Source: Auanema rhodensis
Lineage: Eukaryota; Animalia; Nematoda
NCBI GenBank assembly: GCA_964057225.1
Contig: CAXKVF010000096.1
Location: 42,692 to 106,691 of the forward strand
Direction: 5' to 3'
Length of the DNA stretch: 64,000 nt
Under the pieces are notes generated by a model. It ran no database searches and was not told where the DNA came from. It saw only the letters and a list, made by a program, of their open reading frames with translations. A program made the position numbers and the translations under genes. Below are positions 12,320 to 28,159 of the stretch, piece by piece; position 1 is the stretch's first letter; each line of letters begins with the position of its first letter.

Positions 12320-14079
12320 ATTTTTATTGATATTGGTTCATGGTAACCATGACTTTGAAATTTACGTGAACTTTAATTTATGCTAATTAAATGTACACGT
12401 GATGTGCACTTGGTATGTAACTCGCTTCACGTGAAAGATAAAGAGATGCGGTTTTCAAAATTAGATTCTCCATGTCCATATTAGTCTAAAAACAAATTTT
12501 TATTGATATTGGTTCATGGTAACCATGACTTTGAAATTTACGTGAACTTTAATTTATGCTAATTAAATGTACACGTGATGTGCACTTGGTATGTAACTCG
12601 CTTCACGTGAAAGATGAAGAGATGCGGTTTTCAAAATTAGATTCCCCATGTCCATATTAGTCTAAAAACAAATTTTTATTGATATTGGTTCATGGTAACC
12701 ATGACTTTGAAATTTACGTGAACTTTAATTTATGCTAATTAAATGTACACGTGATGTGCACTTGGTATGTAACTCGCTTCACGTGAAAGATGAAGAGATG
12801 CGGTTTTCAAAATTAGATTCCCCATGTCCATATTAGTCTAAAAACAAATTTTTATTGATATTGGTTCATGGTAACCATGACTTTGAAATTTACGTGAACT
12901 TTAATTTATGCTAATTAAATGTACACGTGATGTGCACTTGGTATGTAACTCGCTTCACGTGAAAGATAAAGAGATGCGGTTTTCAAAATTAGATTCTCCA
13001 TGTCCATATTAGTCTAAAAACAAATTTTTATTGATATTGGTTCATGGTAACCATGACTTTGAAATTTACGTGAACTTTAATTTATGCTAATTAAATGTAC
13101 ACGTGATGTGCACTTGGTATGTAACTCGCTTCACGTGAAAGATAAAGAGATGCGGTTTTCAAAATTAGATTCTCCATGTCCATATTAGTCTAAAAACAAA
13201 TTTTTATTGATATTGGTTCATGGTAACCATGACTTTGAAATTTACGTGAACTTTAATTTATGCTAATTAAATGTACACGTGATGTGCACTTGGTATGTAA
13301 CTCGCTTCACGTGAAAGATGAAGAGATGCGGTTTTCAAAATTAGATTCCCCATGTCCATATTAGTCTAAAAACAAATTTTTATTGATATTGGTTCATGGT
13401 AACCATGACTTTGAAATTTACGTGAACTTTAATTTATGCTAATTAAATGTACACGTGATGTGCACTTGGTATGTAACTCGCTTCACGTGAAAGATGAAGA
13501 GATGCGGTTTTCAAAATTAGATTCCCCATGTCCATATTAGTCTAAAAACAAATTTTTATTGATATTGGTTCATGGTAACCATGACTTTGAAATTTACGTG
13601 AACTTTAATTTATGCTAATTAAATGTACACGTGATGTGCACTTGGTATGTAACTCGCTTCACGTGAAAGATAAAGAGATGCGGTTTTCAAAATTAGATTC
13701 TCCATGTCCATATTAGTCTAAAAACAAATTTTTATTGATATTGGTTCATGGTAACCATGACTTTGAAATTTACGTGAACTTTAATTTATGCTAATTAAAT
13801 GTACACGTGATGTGCACTTGGTATGTAACTCGCTTCACGTGAAAGATGAAGAGATGCGGTTTTCAAAATTAGATTCCCCATGTCCATATTAGTCTAAAAA
13901 CAAATTTTTATTGATATTGGTTCATGGTAACCATGACTTTGAAATTTACGTGAACTTTAATTTATGCTAATTAAATGTACACGTGATGTGCACTTGGTAT
14001 GTAACTCGCTTCACGTGAAAGATGAAGAGATGCGGTTTTCAAAATTAGATTCCCCATGTCCATATTAGTCTAAAAACAA
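12320..14079. repeat. Local 3-monomer higher-order repeat [T150][G121][G121], three copies plus one extra T150 monomer
   Basis: ATTCTCC (T150) occurs in monomers starting 12320, 12848, 13024 and 13552. Each triad is completed by two G121 monomers. Confidence 0.8.
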
Positions 14080-16367
14080 ATTTTTATTGATATTGGTGCA
14101 TGGTAACCATGACTTTGAAATTTACGTGAACTTTAATTTATGCTAATTAAATGTACACGTGATGTGCACTTGGTATGTAACTCGCTTCACGTGAAAGATG
14201 AAGAGATGCGGTTTTCAAAATTAGATTCCCCATGTCCATATTAGTCTAAAAACAAATTTTTATTGATATTGGTTCATGGTAACCATGACTTTGAATTTTA
14301 CGTGAACTTTAATTTATGCTAATTGAATGTACACGTGATGTGCACTTGGTATGTAACTCGCTTCACGTGAAAGATAAAGAGATGCGGTTTTCAAAATTAG
14401 ATTCCCCATGTCCATATTAGTCTAAAAACAAATTTTTATTGATATTGGTTCATGGTAACCATGACTTTGAAATTTACGTGAACTTTAATTTATGCTAATT
14501 AAATGTACACGTGATGTGCACTTGGTATGTAACTCGCTTCACGTGAAAGATGAAGAGATGCGGTTTTCAAAATTAGATTCCCCATGTCCATATTAGTCTA
14601 AAAACAAATTTTTATTGATATTGGTGCATGGTAACCATGACTTTGAAATTTACGTGAACTTTAATTTATGCTAATTAAATGTACACGTGATGTGCACTTG
14701 GTATGTAACTCGCTTCACGTGAAAGATGAAGAGATGCGGTTTTCAAAATTAGATTCCCCATGTCCATATTAGTCTAAAAACAAATTTTTATTGATATTGG
14801 TTCATGGTAACCATGACTTTGAAATTTACGTGAACTTTAATTTATGCTAATTAAATGTACACGTGATGTGCACTTGGTATGTAACTCGCTTCACGTGAAA
14901 GATAAAGAGATGCGGTTTTCAAAATTAGATTCCCCATGTAAATATTAGTCTAAAAACAAATTTTTATTGATATTGGTGCATGGTAACCATGACTTTGAAA
15001 TTTACGTGAACTTTAATTTATGCTAATTAAATGTACACGTGATGTGCACTTGGTATGTAACTCGCTTCACGTGAAAGATAAAGAGATGCGGTTTTCAAAA
15101 TTAGATTCCCCATGTCCATATTAGTCTAAAAACAAATTTTTATTGATATTGGTTCATGGTAACCATGACTTTGAAATTTACGTGAACTTTAATTTATGCT
15201 AATTAAATGTACACGTGATGTGCACTTGGTATGTAACTCGCTTCACGTGAAAGATAAAGAGATGCGGTTTTCAAAATTAGATTCCCCATGTCCATATTAG
15301 TCTAAAAACAAATTTTTATTGATATTGGTTCATGGTAACCATGACTTTGAAATTTACGTGAACTTTAATTTATGCTAATTAAATGTACACGTGATGTGCA
15401 CTTGGTATGTAACTCGCTTCACGTGAAAGATAAAGAGATGCGGTTTTCAAAATTAGATTCCCCATGTCCATATTAGTCTAAAAACAAATTTTTATTGATA
15501 TTGGTGCATGGTAACCATGACTTTGAAATTTACGTGAACTTTAATTTATGCTAATTAAATGTACACGTGATGTGCACTTGGTATGTAACTCGCTTCACGT
15601 GAAAGATGAAGAGATGCGGTTTTCAAAATTAGATTCCCCATGTCCATATTAGTCTAAAAACAAATTTTTATTGATATTGGTTCATGGTAACCATGACTTT
15701 GAAATTTACGTGAACTTTAATTTATGCTAATTAAATGTACACGTGATGTGCACTTGGTATGTAACTCGCTTCACGTGAAAGATAAAGAGATGCGGTTTTC
15801 AAAATTAGATTCCCCATGTCCATATTAGTCTAAAAACAAATTTTTATTGATATTGGTTCATGGTAACCATGACTTTGAAATTTACGTGAACTTTAATTTA
15901 TGCTAATTAAATGTACACGTGATGTGCACTTGGTATGTAACTCGCTTCACGTGAAAGATGAAGAGATGCGGTTTTCAAAATTAGATTCCCCATGTCCATA
16001 TTAGTCTAAAAACAAATTTTTATTGATATTGGTTCATGGTAACCATGACTTTGAATTTTACGTGAACTTTAATTTATGCTAATTGAATGTACACGTGATG
16101 TGCACTTGGTATGTAACTCGCTTCACGTGAAAGATAAAGAGATGCGGTTTTCAAAATTAGATTCCCCATGTCCATATTAGTCTAAAAACAAATTTTTATT
16201 GATATTGGTGCATGGTAACCATGACTTTGAAATTTACGTGAACTTTAATTTATGCTAATTAAATGTACACGTGATGTGCACTTGGTATGTAACTCGCTTC
16301 ACGTGAAAGATGAAGAGATGCGGTTTTCAAAATTAGATTCCCCATGTCCATATTAGTCTAAAAACAA

Positions 16368-18303
16368 ATTTTTATTGATATTGGTTCATGGTAACCATGA
16401 CTTTGAATTTTACGTGAACTTTAATTTATGCTAATTGAATGTACACGTGATGTGCACTTGGTATGTAACTCGCTTCACGTGAAAGATGAAGAGATGCGGT
16501 TTTCAAAATTAGATTCCCCATGTCCATATTAGTCTAAAAACAAATTTTTATTGATATTGGTGCATGGTAACCATGACTTTGAAATTTACGTGAACTTTAA
16601 TTTATGCTAATTAAATGTACACGTGATGTGCACTTGGTATGTAACTCGCTTCACGTGAAAGATGAAGAGATGCGGTTTTCAAAATTAGATTCCCCATGTC
16701 CATATTAGTCTAAAAACAAATTTTTATCGATATTGGTTCATGGTAACCATGACTTTGAAATTTACGTGAACTTTAATTTATGCTAAATAAATGTACACGT
16801 GATGTGCACTTGGTATGTAACTCGCTTCACGTGAAAGATAAAGAGATGCGGTTTTCAAAATTAGATTCCCCATGTCCATATTAGTCTAAAAACAAATTTT
16901 TATTGATATTGGTTCATGGTAACCATGACTTTGAAATTTACGTGAACTTTAATTTATGCTAATTAAATGTACACGTGATGTGCACTTGGTATGTAACTCG
17001 CTTCACGTGAAAGATGAAGAGATGCGGTTTTCAAAATTAGATTCCCCATGTCCATATTAGTCTAAAAACAAATTTTTATTGATATTGGTTCATGGTAACC
17101 ATGACTTTGAATTTTACGTGAACTTTAATTTATGCTAATTGAATGTACACGTGATGTGCACTTGGTATGTAACTCGCTTCACGTGAAAGATGAAGAGATG
17201 CGGTTTTCAAAATTAGATTCCCCATGTCCATATTAGTCTAAAAACAAATTTTTATTGATATTGGTGCATGGTAACCATGACTTTGAAATTTACGTGAACT
17301 TTAATTTATGCTAATTAAATGTACACGTGATGTGCACTTGGTATGTAACTCGCTTCACGTGAAAGATGAAGAGATGCGGTTTTCAAAATTAGATTCCCCA
17401 TGTCCATATTAGTCTAAAAACAAATTTTTATCGATATTGGTTCATGGTAACCATGACTTTGAAATTTACGTGAACTTTAATTTATGCTAAATAAATGTAC
17501 ACGTGATGTGCACTTGGTATGTAACTCGCTTCACGTGAAAGATAAAGAGATGCGGTTTTCAAAATTAGATTCCCCATGTCCATATTAGTCTAAAAACAAA
17601 TTTTTATTGATATTGGTTCATGGTAACCATGACTTTGAAATTTACGTGAACTTTAATTTATGCTAATTAAATGTACACGTGATGTGCACTTGGTATGTAA
17701 CTCGCTTCACGTGAAAGATGAAGAGATGCGGTTTTCAAAATTAGATTCCTCATGTCCATATTAGTCTAAAAACAAATTTTTATTGATATTGGTGCATGGT
17801 AACCATGACTTTGAAATTTACGTGAACTTTAATTTATGCTAATTAAATGTACACGTGATGTGCACTTGGTATGTAACTCGCTTCACGTGAAAGATGAAGA
17901 GATGCGGTTTTCAAAATTAGATTCCCCATGTCCATATTAGTCTAAAAACAAATTTTTATTGATATTGGTTCATGGTAACCATGACTTTGAAATTTACGTG
18001 AACTTTAATTTATGCTAATTAAATGTACCCGTGATGTGCACTTGGTATGTAACTCGCTTCACGTGAAAGATAAAGAGATGCGGTTTTCAAAATTAGATTC
18101 CCCATGTCCATATTAGTTTAAAAACAAATTTTTATCGATATTGGTTCATGGTAACCATGACTTTGAAATTTACGTGAACTTTAATTTATGCTAAATAAAT
18201 GTACACGTGATGTGCACTTGGTATGTAACTCGCTTCACGTGAAAGATAAAGAGATGCGGTTTTCAAAATTAGATTCCCCATGTCCATATTAGTCTAAAAA
18301 CAA
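16368..18303. repeat. Local 4-monomer (704 bp) higher-order repeat marked by C9+A68
   Basis: TATCGA plus CTAAATAA occur together in monomers starting 16720, 17424 and 18128 (704-bp spacing). The first two units also share T41+G70+G121 and G19+G121 monomers. Confidence 0.8.
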
Positions 18304-19711
18304 ATTTTTATTGATATTGGTTCATGGTAACCATGACTTTGAAATTTACGTGTACTTTAATTTATGCTAATTAAATGTACACGTGATGTGCACTTGGTAT
18401 GTAACTCGCTTCACGTGAAAGATAAAGAGATGCGGTTTTCAAAATTAGATTCCCCATGTCCATATTAGTCTAAAAACAAATTTTTTTTGATATTGGTTCA
18501 TGGTAACCATGACTTTGAAATTTACGTGAACTTTAATTTATGCTAATTAAATGTACACGTGATGTGCACTTGGTATGTAACTCGCTTCACGTGAAAGATG
18601 AAGAGATGCGGTTTTCAAAATTAGATTCCCCATGTCCATATTAGTCTAAAAACAAATTTTTATTGATATTGGTTCATGGTAACCATGACTTTGAAATTTA
18701 CGTGAACTTTAATTTATGCTAATTAAATGTACACGTGATGTGCACTTGGTATGTAACTCGCTTCACGTGAAAGATGAAGAGATGCGGTTTTCAAAATTAG
18801 ATTCCCCATGTCCATATTAGTCTAAAAACAAATTTTTATTGATATTGGTGCATGGTAACCATGACTTTGAAATTTACGTGAACTTTAATTTATGCTAATT
18901 AAATGTACACGTGATGTGCACTTGGTATGTAACTCGCTTCACGTGAAAGATGAAGAGATGCGGTTTTCAAAATTAGATTCCCCATGTCCATATTAGTCTA
19001 AAAACAAATTTTTATTGATATTGGTTCATGGTAACCATGACTTTGAAATTTACGTGAACTTTAATTTATGCTAATTAAATGTACACGTGATGTGCACTTG
19101 GTATGTAACTCGCTTCACGTGAAAGATAAAGAGATGCGGTTTTCAAAATTAGATTCCCCATGTCCATATTAGTCTAAAAACAAATTTTTATTGATATTGG
19201 TTCATGGTAACCATGACTTTGAATTTTACGTGAACTTTAATTTATGCTAATTGAATGTACACGTGATGTGCACTTGGTATGTAACTCGCTTCACGTGAAA
19301 GATAAAGAGATGCGGTTTTCAAAATTAGATTCCCCATGTCCATATTAGTCTAAAAACAAATTTTTATTGATATTGGTGCATGGTAACCATGACTTTGAAA
19401 TTTACGTGAACTTTAATTTATGCTAATTAAATGTACACGTGATGTGCACTTGGTATGTAACTCGCTTCACGTGAAAGATGAAGAGATGCGGTTTTCAAAA
19501 TTAGATTCCCCATGTCCATATTAGTCTAAAAACAAATTTTTATTGATATTGGTTCATGGTAACCATGACTTTGAAATTTACGTGAACTTTAGTTTATGCT
19601 AATTAAATGTACACGTGATGTGCACTTGGTATGTAACTCGCTTCACGTGAAAGATAAAGAGATGCGGTTTTCAAAATTAGATTCCCCATGTCCATATTAG
19701 TCTAAAAACAA

Positions 19712-22175
19712 ATTTGTATTGATATTGGTTCATGGTAACCATGACTTTGAAATTTACGTGTACTTTAATTTATGCTAATTAAATGTACACGTGATGTGCA
19801 CTTGGTATGTAACTCGCTTCACGTGAAAGATAAAGAGATGCGGTTTTCAAAATTAGATTCCCCATGTCCAAATTAGTCTAAAAACAAATTTTTATTGATA
19901 TTGGTTCATGGTAACCATGACTTTGAATTTTACGTGAACTTTAATTTATGCTAATTAAATGTACACGTGATGTGCACTTGGTATGTAACTCGCTTCACGT
20001 GAAAGATAAAGAGATGCGGTTTTCAAAATTAGATTCCCCATGTCCATATTAGTCTAAAAACAAATTTTTATTGATATTGGTTCATGGTAACCATGACTTT
20101 GAAATTTACGTGAACTTTAATTTATGCTAATTAAATGTACACGTGATGTACACTTGGTATGTAACTCGCTTCACGTGAAAGATAAAGAGATGCGGTTTTC
20201 AAAATTAGATTCCCCATGTCCATATTAGTCTAAAAACAAATTTTTATTGATATTGGTTCATGGTAACCATGACTTTGAAATTTACGTGAACTTTAATTTA
20301 TGCTAATTAAATGTACACGTGATGTGCACTTGGTATGTAACTCGCTTCACGTGAAAGATAAAGAGATGCGGTTTTCAAAATTAGATTCCCCATGTCCATA
20401 TTAGTCTAAAAACAAATTTGTATTGATATTGGTTCATGGTAACCATGACTTTGAAATTTACGTGTAATTTAATTTATGCTAATTAAATGTACACGTGATG
20501 TGCACTTGGTATGTAACTCGCTTCACGTGAAAGATAAAGAGATGAGGTTTTCAAAATTAGATTCCCCATGTCCAAATTAGTCTAAAAACAAATTTTTATT
20601 GATATTGGTTCATGGTAACCATGACTTTGAATTTTACGTGAACTTTAATTTATGCTAATTAAATGTACACGTGATGTGCACTTGGTATGTAACTCGCTTC
20701 ACGTGAAAGATAAAGAGATGCGGTTTTCAAAATTAGATTCCCCATGTCCATATTAGTCTAAAAACAAATTTTTATTGATATTGGTGCATGGTAACCATGA
20801 CTTTGAAATTTACGTGAACTTTAATTTATGCTAATTAAATGTACACGTGATGTACACTTGGTATGTAACTCGCTTCACGTGAAAGATAAAGAGATGCGGT
20901 TTTCAAAATTAGATTCCCCATGTCCATATTAGTCTAAAAACAAATTTTTATTGATATTGGTTCATGGTAACCATGACTTTGAAATTTACGTGAACTTTAA
21001 TTTATGCTAATTAAATGTACACGTGATGTGCACTTGGTATGTAACTCGCTTCACGTGAAAGATAAAGAGATGCGGTTTTCAAAATTAGATTCCCCATGTC
21101 CATATTAGTCTAAAAACAAATTTTTTTTGATATTGGTTCATGGTAACCATGACTTTGAAATTTACGTGAACTTTAATTTATGCTAATTAAATGTACACGT
21201 GATGTGCACTTGGTATGTAACTCGCTTTACGTGAAAGATAAAGAGATGCGGTTTTCAAAATTAGATTCCCTATGTCCATATTAGTCTAAAAACAAATTTT
21301 TATTGATATTGGTTCATGGTAACCATGACTTTGAAATTTACGTGAACTTTAATTTATGCTAATTAAATGTACACGTGATGTGCACTTGGTATGTAACTCG
21401 CTTCACGTGAAAGATAAAGAGATGCGGTTTTCAAAATTAGATTCCCCATGTCCATATTAGTCTAAAAACAAATTTTTATTGATATTGGTGCATGGTAACC
21501 ATGACTTTGAAATTTACGTGAACTTTAATTTATGCTAATTAAATGTACACGTGATGTACACTTGGTATGTAACTCGCTTCACGTGAAAGATAAAGAGATG
21601 CGGTTTTCAAAATTAGATTCCCCATGTCCATATTAGTCTAAAAACAAATTTTTATTGATATTGGTTCATGGTAACCATGACTTTGAAATTTACGTGAACT
21701 TTAATTTATGCTAATTAAATGTACACGTGATGTGCACTTGGTATGTAACTCGCTTCACGTGAAAGATAAAGAGATGCGGTTTTCAAAATTAGATTCCCCA
21801 TGTCCATATTAGTCTAAAAACAAATTTTTTTTGATATTGGTTCATGGTAACCATGACTTTGAAATTTACGTGAACTTTAATTTATGCTAATTAAATGTAC
21901 ACGTGATGTGCACTTGGTATGTAACTCGCTTTACGTGAAAGATAAAGAGATGCGGTTTTCAAAATTAGATTCCCTATGTCCATATTAGTCTAAAAACAAA
22001 TTTTTATTGATATTGGTTCATGGTAACCATGACTTTGAAATTTACGTGAACTTTAATTTATGCTAATTAAATGTACACGTGATGTGCACTTGGTATGTAA
22101 CTCGCTTCACGTGAAAGATAAAGAGATGCGGTTTTCAAAATTAGATTCCCCATGTCCATATTAGTCTAAAAACAA
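19712..22175. repeat. Two overlapping 4-monomer duplications
   Basis: G5+T50+A160 monomers start at 19712 and 20416, G19+A87 at 20768 and 21472, and T7+T109+T152 at 21120 and 21824. All pairs are 704 bp apart. Confidence 0.8.
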
Positions 22176-25100
22176 ATTTTTATTGATATTGGTTCATGGT
22201 AACCATGACTTTGAAATTTACGTGAACTTTAATTTATGCTAATTAAATGTACACGTGATGTGCACTTGGTATGTAACTCGCTTCACGTGAAAGATAAAGA
22301 GATGCGGTTTTCAAAATTAGATTCCCCATGTCCATATTAGTCTAAAAACAAATTTTTATTGATATTGGTTCATGGTAACCATGACTTTGAAATTTACGTG
22401 AACTTTAATTTATGCTAATTAAATGTACACGTGATGTGCACTTGGTATGTAACTCGCTTCACGTGAAAGATAAAGAGATGCGGTTTTCAAAATTAGATTC
22501 CCCATGTCCATATTAGTCTAAAAACAAATTTTTATTGATATTGGTTCATGGTAACCATGACTTTGAATTTTACGTGAACTTTAATTTATGCTAATTGAAT
22601 GTACACGTGATGTGCACTTGGTATGTAACTCGCTTCACGTGAAAGATAAAGAGATGCGGTTTTCAAAATTAGATTCCCCATGTCCATATTAGTCTAACAA
22701 CAAATTTTTATTGATATTGGTGCATGGTAACCATGACTTTGAATTTTACGTGAACTTTAATTTATGCTAATTAAATGTACACGTGATGTGCACTTGGTAT
22801 GTAACTCGCTTCACGTGAAAGATAAAGAGATGCGGTTTTCAAAATTAGATTCCCCATGTCCATATTAGTCTAAAAACAAATTTTTATTGATATTGGTTCA
22901 TGGTAACCATGACTTTGAAATTTACGTGAACTTTAATTTATGCTAATTAAATGTACACGTGATGTGCACTTGGTATGTAACTCGCTTCACGTGAAAGATA
23001 AAGAGATGCGGTTTTCAAAATTAGATTCCCCATGTCCATATTAGTCTAAAAACAAATTTTTATTGATATTGGTGCATGGTAACCATGACTTTGAAATTTA
23101 CGTGAACTTTAATTTATGCTAATTAAATGTACACGTGATGTACACTTGGTATGTAACTCGCTTCACGTGAAAGATAAAGAGATGCGGTTTTCAAAATTAG
23201 ATTTCCCATGTCCATATTAGTCTAAAAACAAATTTTTATTGATATTGGTTCATGGTAACCATGACTTTGAAATTTACGTGAACTTTAATTTATGCTAATT
23301 AAATGTACACGTGATGTGCACTTGGTATGTAACTCGCTTCACGTGAAAGATAAAGAGATGCGGTTTTCAAAATTAGATTCCCCATGTCCATATTAGTCTA
23401 AAAACAAATTTTTATTGATATTGGTTCATGGTAACCATGACTTTGAATTTTACGTGAACTTTAATTTATGCTAATTGAATGTACACGTGATGTGCACTTG
23501 GTATGTAACTCGCTTCACGTGAAAGATAAAGAGATGCGATTTTCAAAATTAGATTCCCCATGTCCATATTAGTCTAAAAACAAATTTTTATTGATATTGG
23601 TTCATGGTAACCATGACTTTGAAATTTACGTGAACTTTAATTTATGCTAATTAAATGTACACGTGATGTGCACTTGGTATGTAACTCGCTTCACGTGAAA
23701 GATAAAAAGATGCGGTTTTCAAAATTAGATTCCCCATGTCCATATTAGTCTAAAAACAAATTTTTATTGATATTGGTTCATGGTAACCATGACTTTGAAA
23801 TTTACGTGAACTTTAATTTATGCTAATTAAATGTACACGTGATGTGCACTTGGTATGTAACTCGCTTCACGTGAAAGATAAAGAGATGCGGTTTTCAAAA
23901 TTAGATTCCCCATGTCCATATTAGTCTAAAAACAAATTTTTATTGATATTGGTTCATGGTAACCATGACTTTGAATTTTACGTGAACTTTAATTTATGCT
24001 AATTGAATGTACACGTGATGTGCACTTGGTATGTAACTCGCTTCACGTGAAAGATAAAGAGATGCGGTTTTCAAAATTAGATTCCCCATGTCCATATTAG
24101 TCTAAAAACAAATTTTTATTGATATTGGTGCATGGTAACCATGACTTTGAATTTTACGTGAACTTTAATTTATGCTAATTAAATGTACACGTGATGTGCA
24201 CTTGGTATGTAACTCGCTTCACGTGAAAGATAAAGAGATGCGGTTTTCAAAATTAGATTCCCCATGTCCATATTAGTCTAAAAACAAATTTTTATTGATA
24301 TTGGTTCATGGTAACCATGACTTTGAAATTTACGTGAACTTTAATTTATGCTAATTAAATGTACACGTGATGTGCACTTGGTATGTAACTCGCTTCACGT
24401 GAAAGATAAAGAGATGCGGTTTTCAAAATTAGATTCCCCATGTCCATATTAGTCTAAAAACAAATTTTTATTGATATTGGTGCATGGTAACCATGACTTT
24501 GAAATTTACGTGAACTTTAATTTATGCTAATTAAATGTACACGTGATGTACACTTGGTATGTAACTCGCTTCACGTGAAAGATAAAGAGATGCGGTTTTC
24601 AAAATTAGATTCCCCATGTCCATATTAGTCTAAAAACAAATTTTTATTGATATTGGTTCATGGTAACCATGACTTTGAAATTTACGTGAACTTTAATTTA
24701 TGCTAATTAAATGTACACGTGATGTGCACTTGGTATGTAACTCGCTTCACGTGAAAGATAAAGAGATGCGGTTTTCAAAATTAGATTCCCCATGTCCATA
24801 TTAGTCTAAAAACAAATTTTTATTGATATTGGTGCATGGTAACCATGACTTTGAAATTTACGTGAACTTTAATTTATGCTAATTGAATGTACACGTGATG
24901 TGCACTTGGTATGTAACTCGCTTCACGTGAAAGATAAAGAGATGCGGTTTTCAAAATTAGATTCCCCATGTCCATATTAGTCTAAAAACAAATTTTTATT
25001 GATATTGGTTCATGGTAACCATGACTTTGAAATTTACGTGAACTTTAATTTATGCTAATTAAATGTACACGTGATGTGCACTTGGTATGTAACTCGCTTC

Positions 25101-28100
25101 ACGTGAAAGATAAAGAGATGCGGTTTTCAAAATTAGATTCCCCATGTCCATATTAGTCTAAAAACAAATTTTTATTGATATTGGTGCATGGTAACCATGA
25201 CTTTGAATTTTACGTGAACTTTAATTTATGCTAATTAAATGTACACGTGATGTGCACTTGGTATGTAACTCGCTTCACGTGAAAGATAAAGAGATGCGGT
25301 TTTCAAAATTAGATTCCCCATGTCCATATTAGTCTAAAAACAAATTTTTATTGATATTGGTTCATGGTAACCATGACTTTGAAATTTACGTGAACTTTAA
25401 TTTATGCTAATTAAATGTACACGTGATGTGCACTTGGTATGTAACTCGCTTCACGTGAAAGATAAAGAGATGCGGTTTTCAAAATTAGATACCCCATGTC
25501 CATATTAGTCTAAAAACAAATTTTTATTGATATTGGTGCATGGTAACCATGACTTTGAAATTTACGTGAACTTTAATTTATGCTAATTAAATGTACACGT
25601 GATGTACACTTGGTATGTAACTCGCTTCACGTGAAAGATAAAGAGATGCGGTTTTCAAAATTAGATTCCCCATGTCCATATTAGTCTAAAAACAAATTTT
25701 TATTGATATTGGTGCATGGTAACCATGACTTTGAAATTTACGTGAACTTTAATTTATGCTAATTAAATGTACACGTGATGTGCACTTGGTATGTAACTCG
25801 CTTCACGTGAAAGATAAAGAGATGCGGTTTTCAAAATTAGATTCCCCATGTCCATATTAGTCTAAAAACAAATTTTTATTGATATTGGTTCATGGTAACC
25901 ATGACTTTGAAATTTACGTGAACTTTAATTTATGCTAATTAAATGTACACGTGATGTGCACTTGGTATGTAACTCGCTTCACGTGAAAGATAAAGAGATG
26001 CGGTTTTCAAAATTAGATTCCCCATGTCCATATTAGTCTAAAAACAAATTTTTATTGATATTGGTTCATGGTAACCATGACTTTGAAATTTACGTGAACT
26101 TTAATTTATGCTAATTAAATGTACACGTGATGTGCACTTGGTATGTAACTCGCTTCACGTGAAAGATAAAGAGATGCGGTTTTCAAAATTAGATTCCCCA
26201 TGTCCATATTAGTCTAAAAACAAATTTTTATTGATATTGGTTCATGGTAACCATGACTTTGAAATTTACGTGTACTTTAATTTATGCTAATTAAATGTAC
26301 ACGTGATGTGCACTTGGTATGTAACTTGCTTCACGTGAAAGATAAAGAGATGCGGTTTTCAAAATTAGATTCCCCATGTCCAAATTAGTCTAAAAACAAA
26401 TTTTTATTGATATTGGTTCATGGTAACCATGACTTTGAATTTTACGTGAACTTTAATTTATGCTAATTAAATGTACACGTGATGTGCACTTGGTATGTAA
26501 CTCGCTTCACGTGAAAGATAAAGAGATGCGGTTTTCAAAATTAGATTCCCCATGTCCATATTAGTCTAAAAACAAATTTTTATTGATATTGGTGCATGGT
26601 AACCATGACTTTGAAATTTACGTGAACTTTAATTTATGCTAATTAAATGTACACGTGATGTACACTTGGTATGTAACTCGCTTCACGTGAAAGATAAAGA
26701 GATGCGGTTTTCAAAATTAGATTCCCCATGTCCATATTAGTCTAAAAACAAATTTTTATTGATATTGGTTCATGGTAACCATGACTTTGAAATTTACGTG
26801 AACTTTAATTTATGCTAATTAAATGTACACGTGATGTGCACTTGGTATGTAACTCGCTTCACGTGAAAGATAAAGAGATGCGGTTTTCAAAATTAGATTC
26901 TCCATGTCCATATTAGTCTAAAAACAAATTTTTTTTGATATTGGTTCATGGTAACCATGACTTTGAAATTTACGTGAACTTTAATTTATGCTAATTAAAT
27001 GTACACGTGATGTGCACTTGGTATGTAACTCGCTTTACGTGAAAGATAAAGAGATGCGGTTTTCAAAATTAGATTCCCTATGTCCATATTAGTCTAAAAA
27101 CAAATTTTTATTGATATTGGTTCATGGTAACCATGACTTTGAAATTTACGTGAACTTTAATTTATGCTAATTAAATGTACACGTGATGTGCACTTGGTAT
27201 GTAACTCGCTTCACGTGAAAGATAAAGAGATGCGGTTTTCAAAATTAGATTCCCCATGTCCATATTAGTCTAAAAACAAATTTTTATTGATATTGGTTCA
27301 TGGTAACCATGACTTTGAAATTTACGTGAACTTTAATTTATGCTAATTAAATGTACACGTGATGTGCACTTGGTATGTAACTCGCTTTACGTGAAAGATA
27401 AAGAGATGCGGTTTTCAAAATTAGATTCCCTATGTCCATATTAGTCTAAAAACAAATTTTTATTGATATTGGTTCATGGTAACCATGACTTTGAAATTTA
27501 CGTGAACTTTAATTTATGCTAATTGAATGTACACGTGATGTGCACTTGGTATGTAACTCGCTTCACGTGAAAGATAAAGAGATGCGGTTTTCAAAATTAG
27601 ATTCCCCATGTCCATATTAGTCTAAAAACAAATTTTTATTGATATTGGTTCATGGTAACCATGACTTTGAAATTTACGTGAACTTTAATTTATGCTAATT
27701 AAATGTACACGTGATGTGCACTTGGTATGTAACTCGCTTCACGTGAAAGATAAAGAGATGCGGTTTTCAAAATTAGATTCCCCATGTCCATATTAGTCTA
27801 AAAACAAATTTTTATTGATATTGGTTCATGGTAACCATGACTTTGAAATTTACGTGAACTTTAATTTATGCTAATTAAATGTACACGTGATGTGCACTTG
27901 GTATGTAACTCGCTTCACGTGAAAGATAAAGAGATGCGGTTTTCAAAATTAGATTCCCCATGTCCATATTAGTCTAAAAACAAATTTTTATTGATATTGG
28001 TTCATGGTAACCATGACTTTGAATTTTACGTGAACTTTAATTTATGCTAATTGAATGTACACGTGATGTGCACTTGGTATGTAACTCGCTTCACGTGAAA

Positions 28101-28159
28101 GATAAAGAGATGCGGTTTTCAAAATTAGATTCCCCATGTCCATATTAGTCTAAAAACAA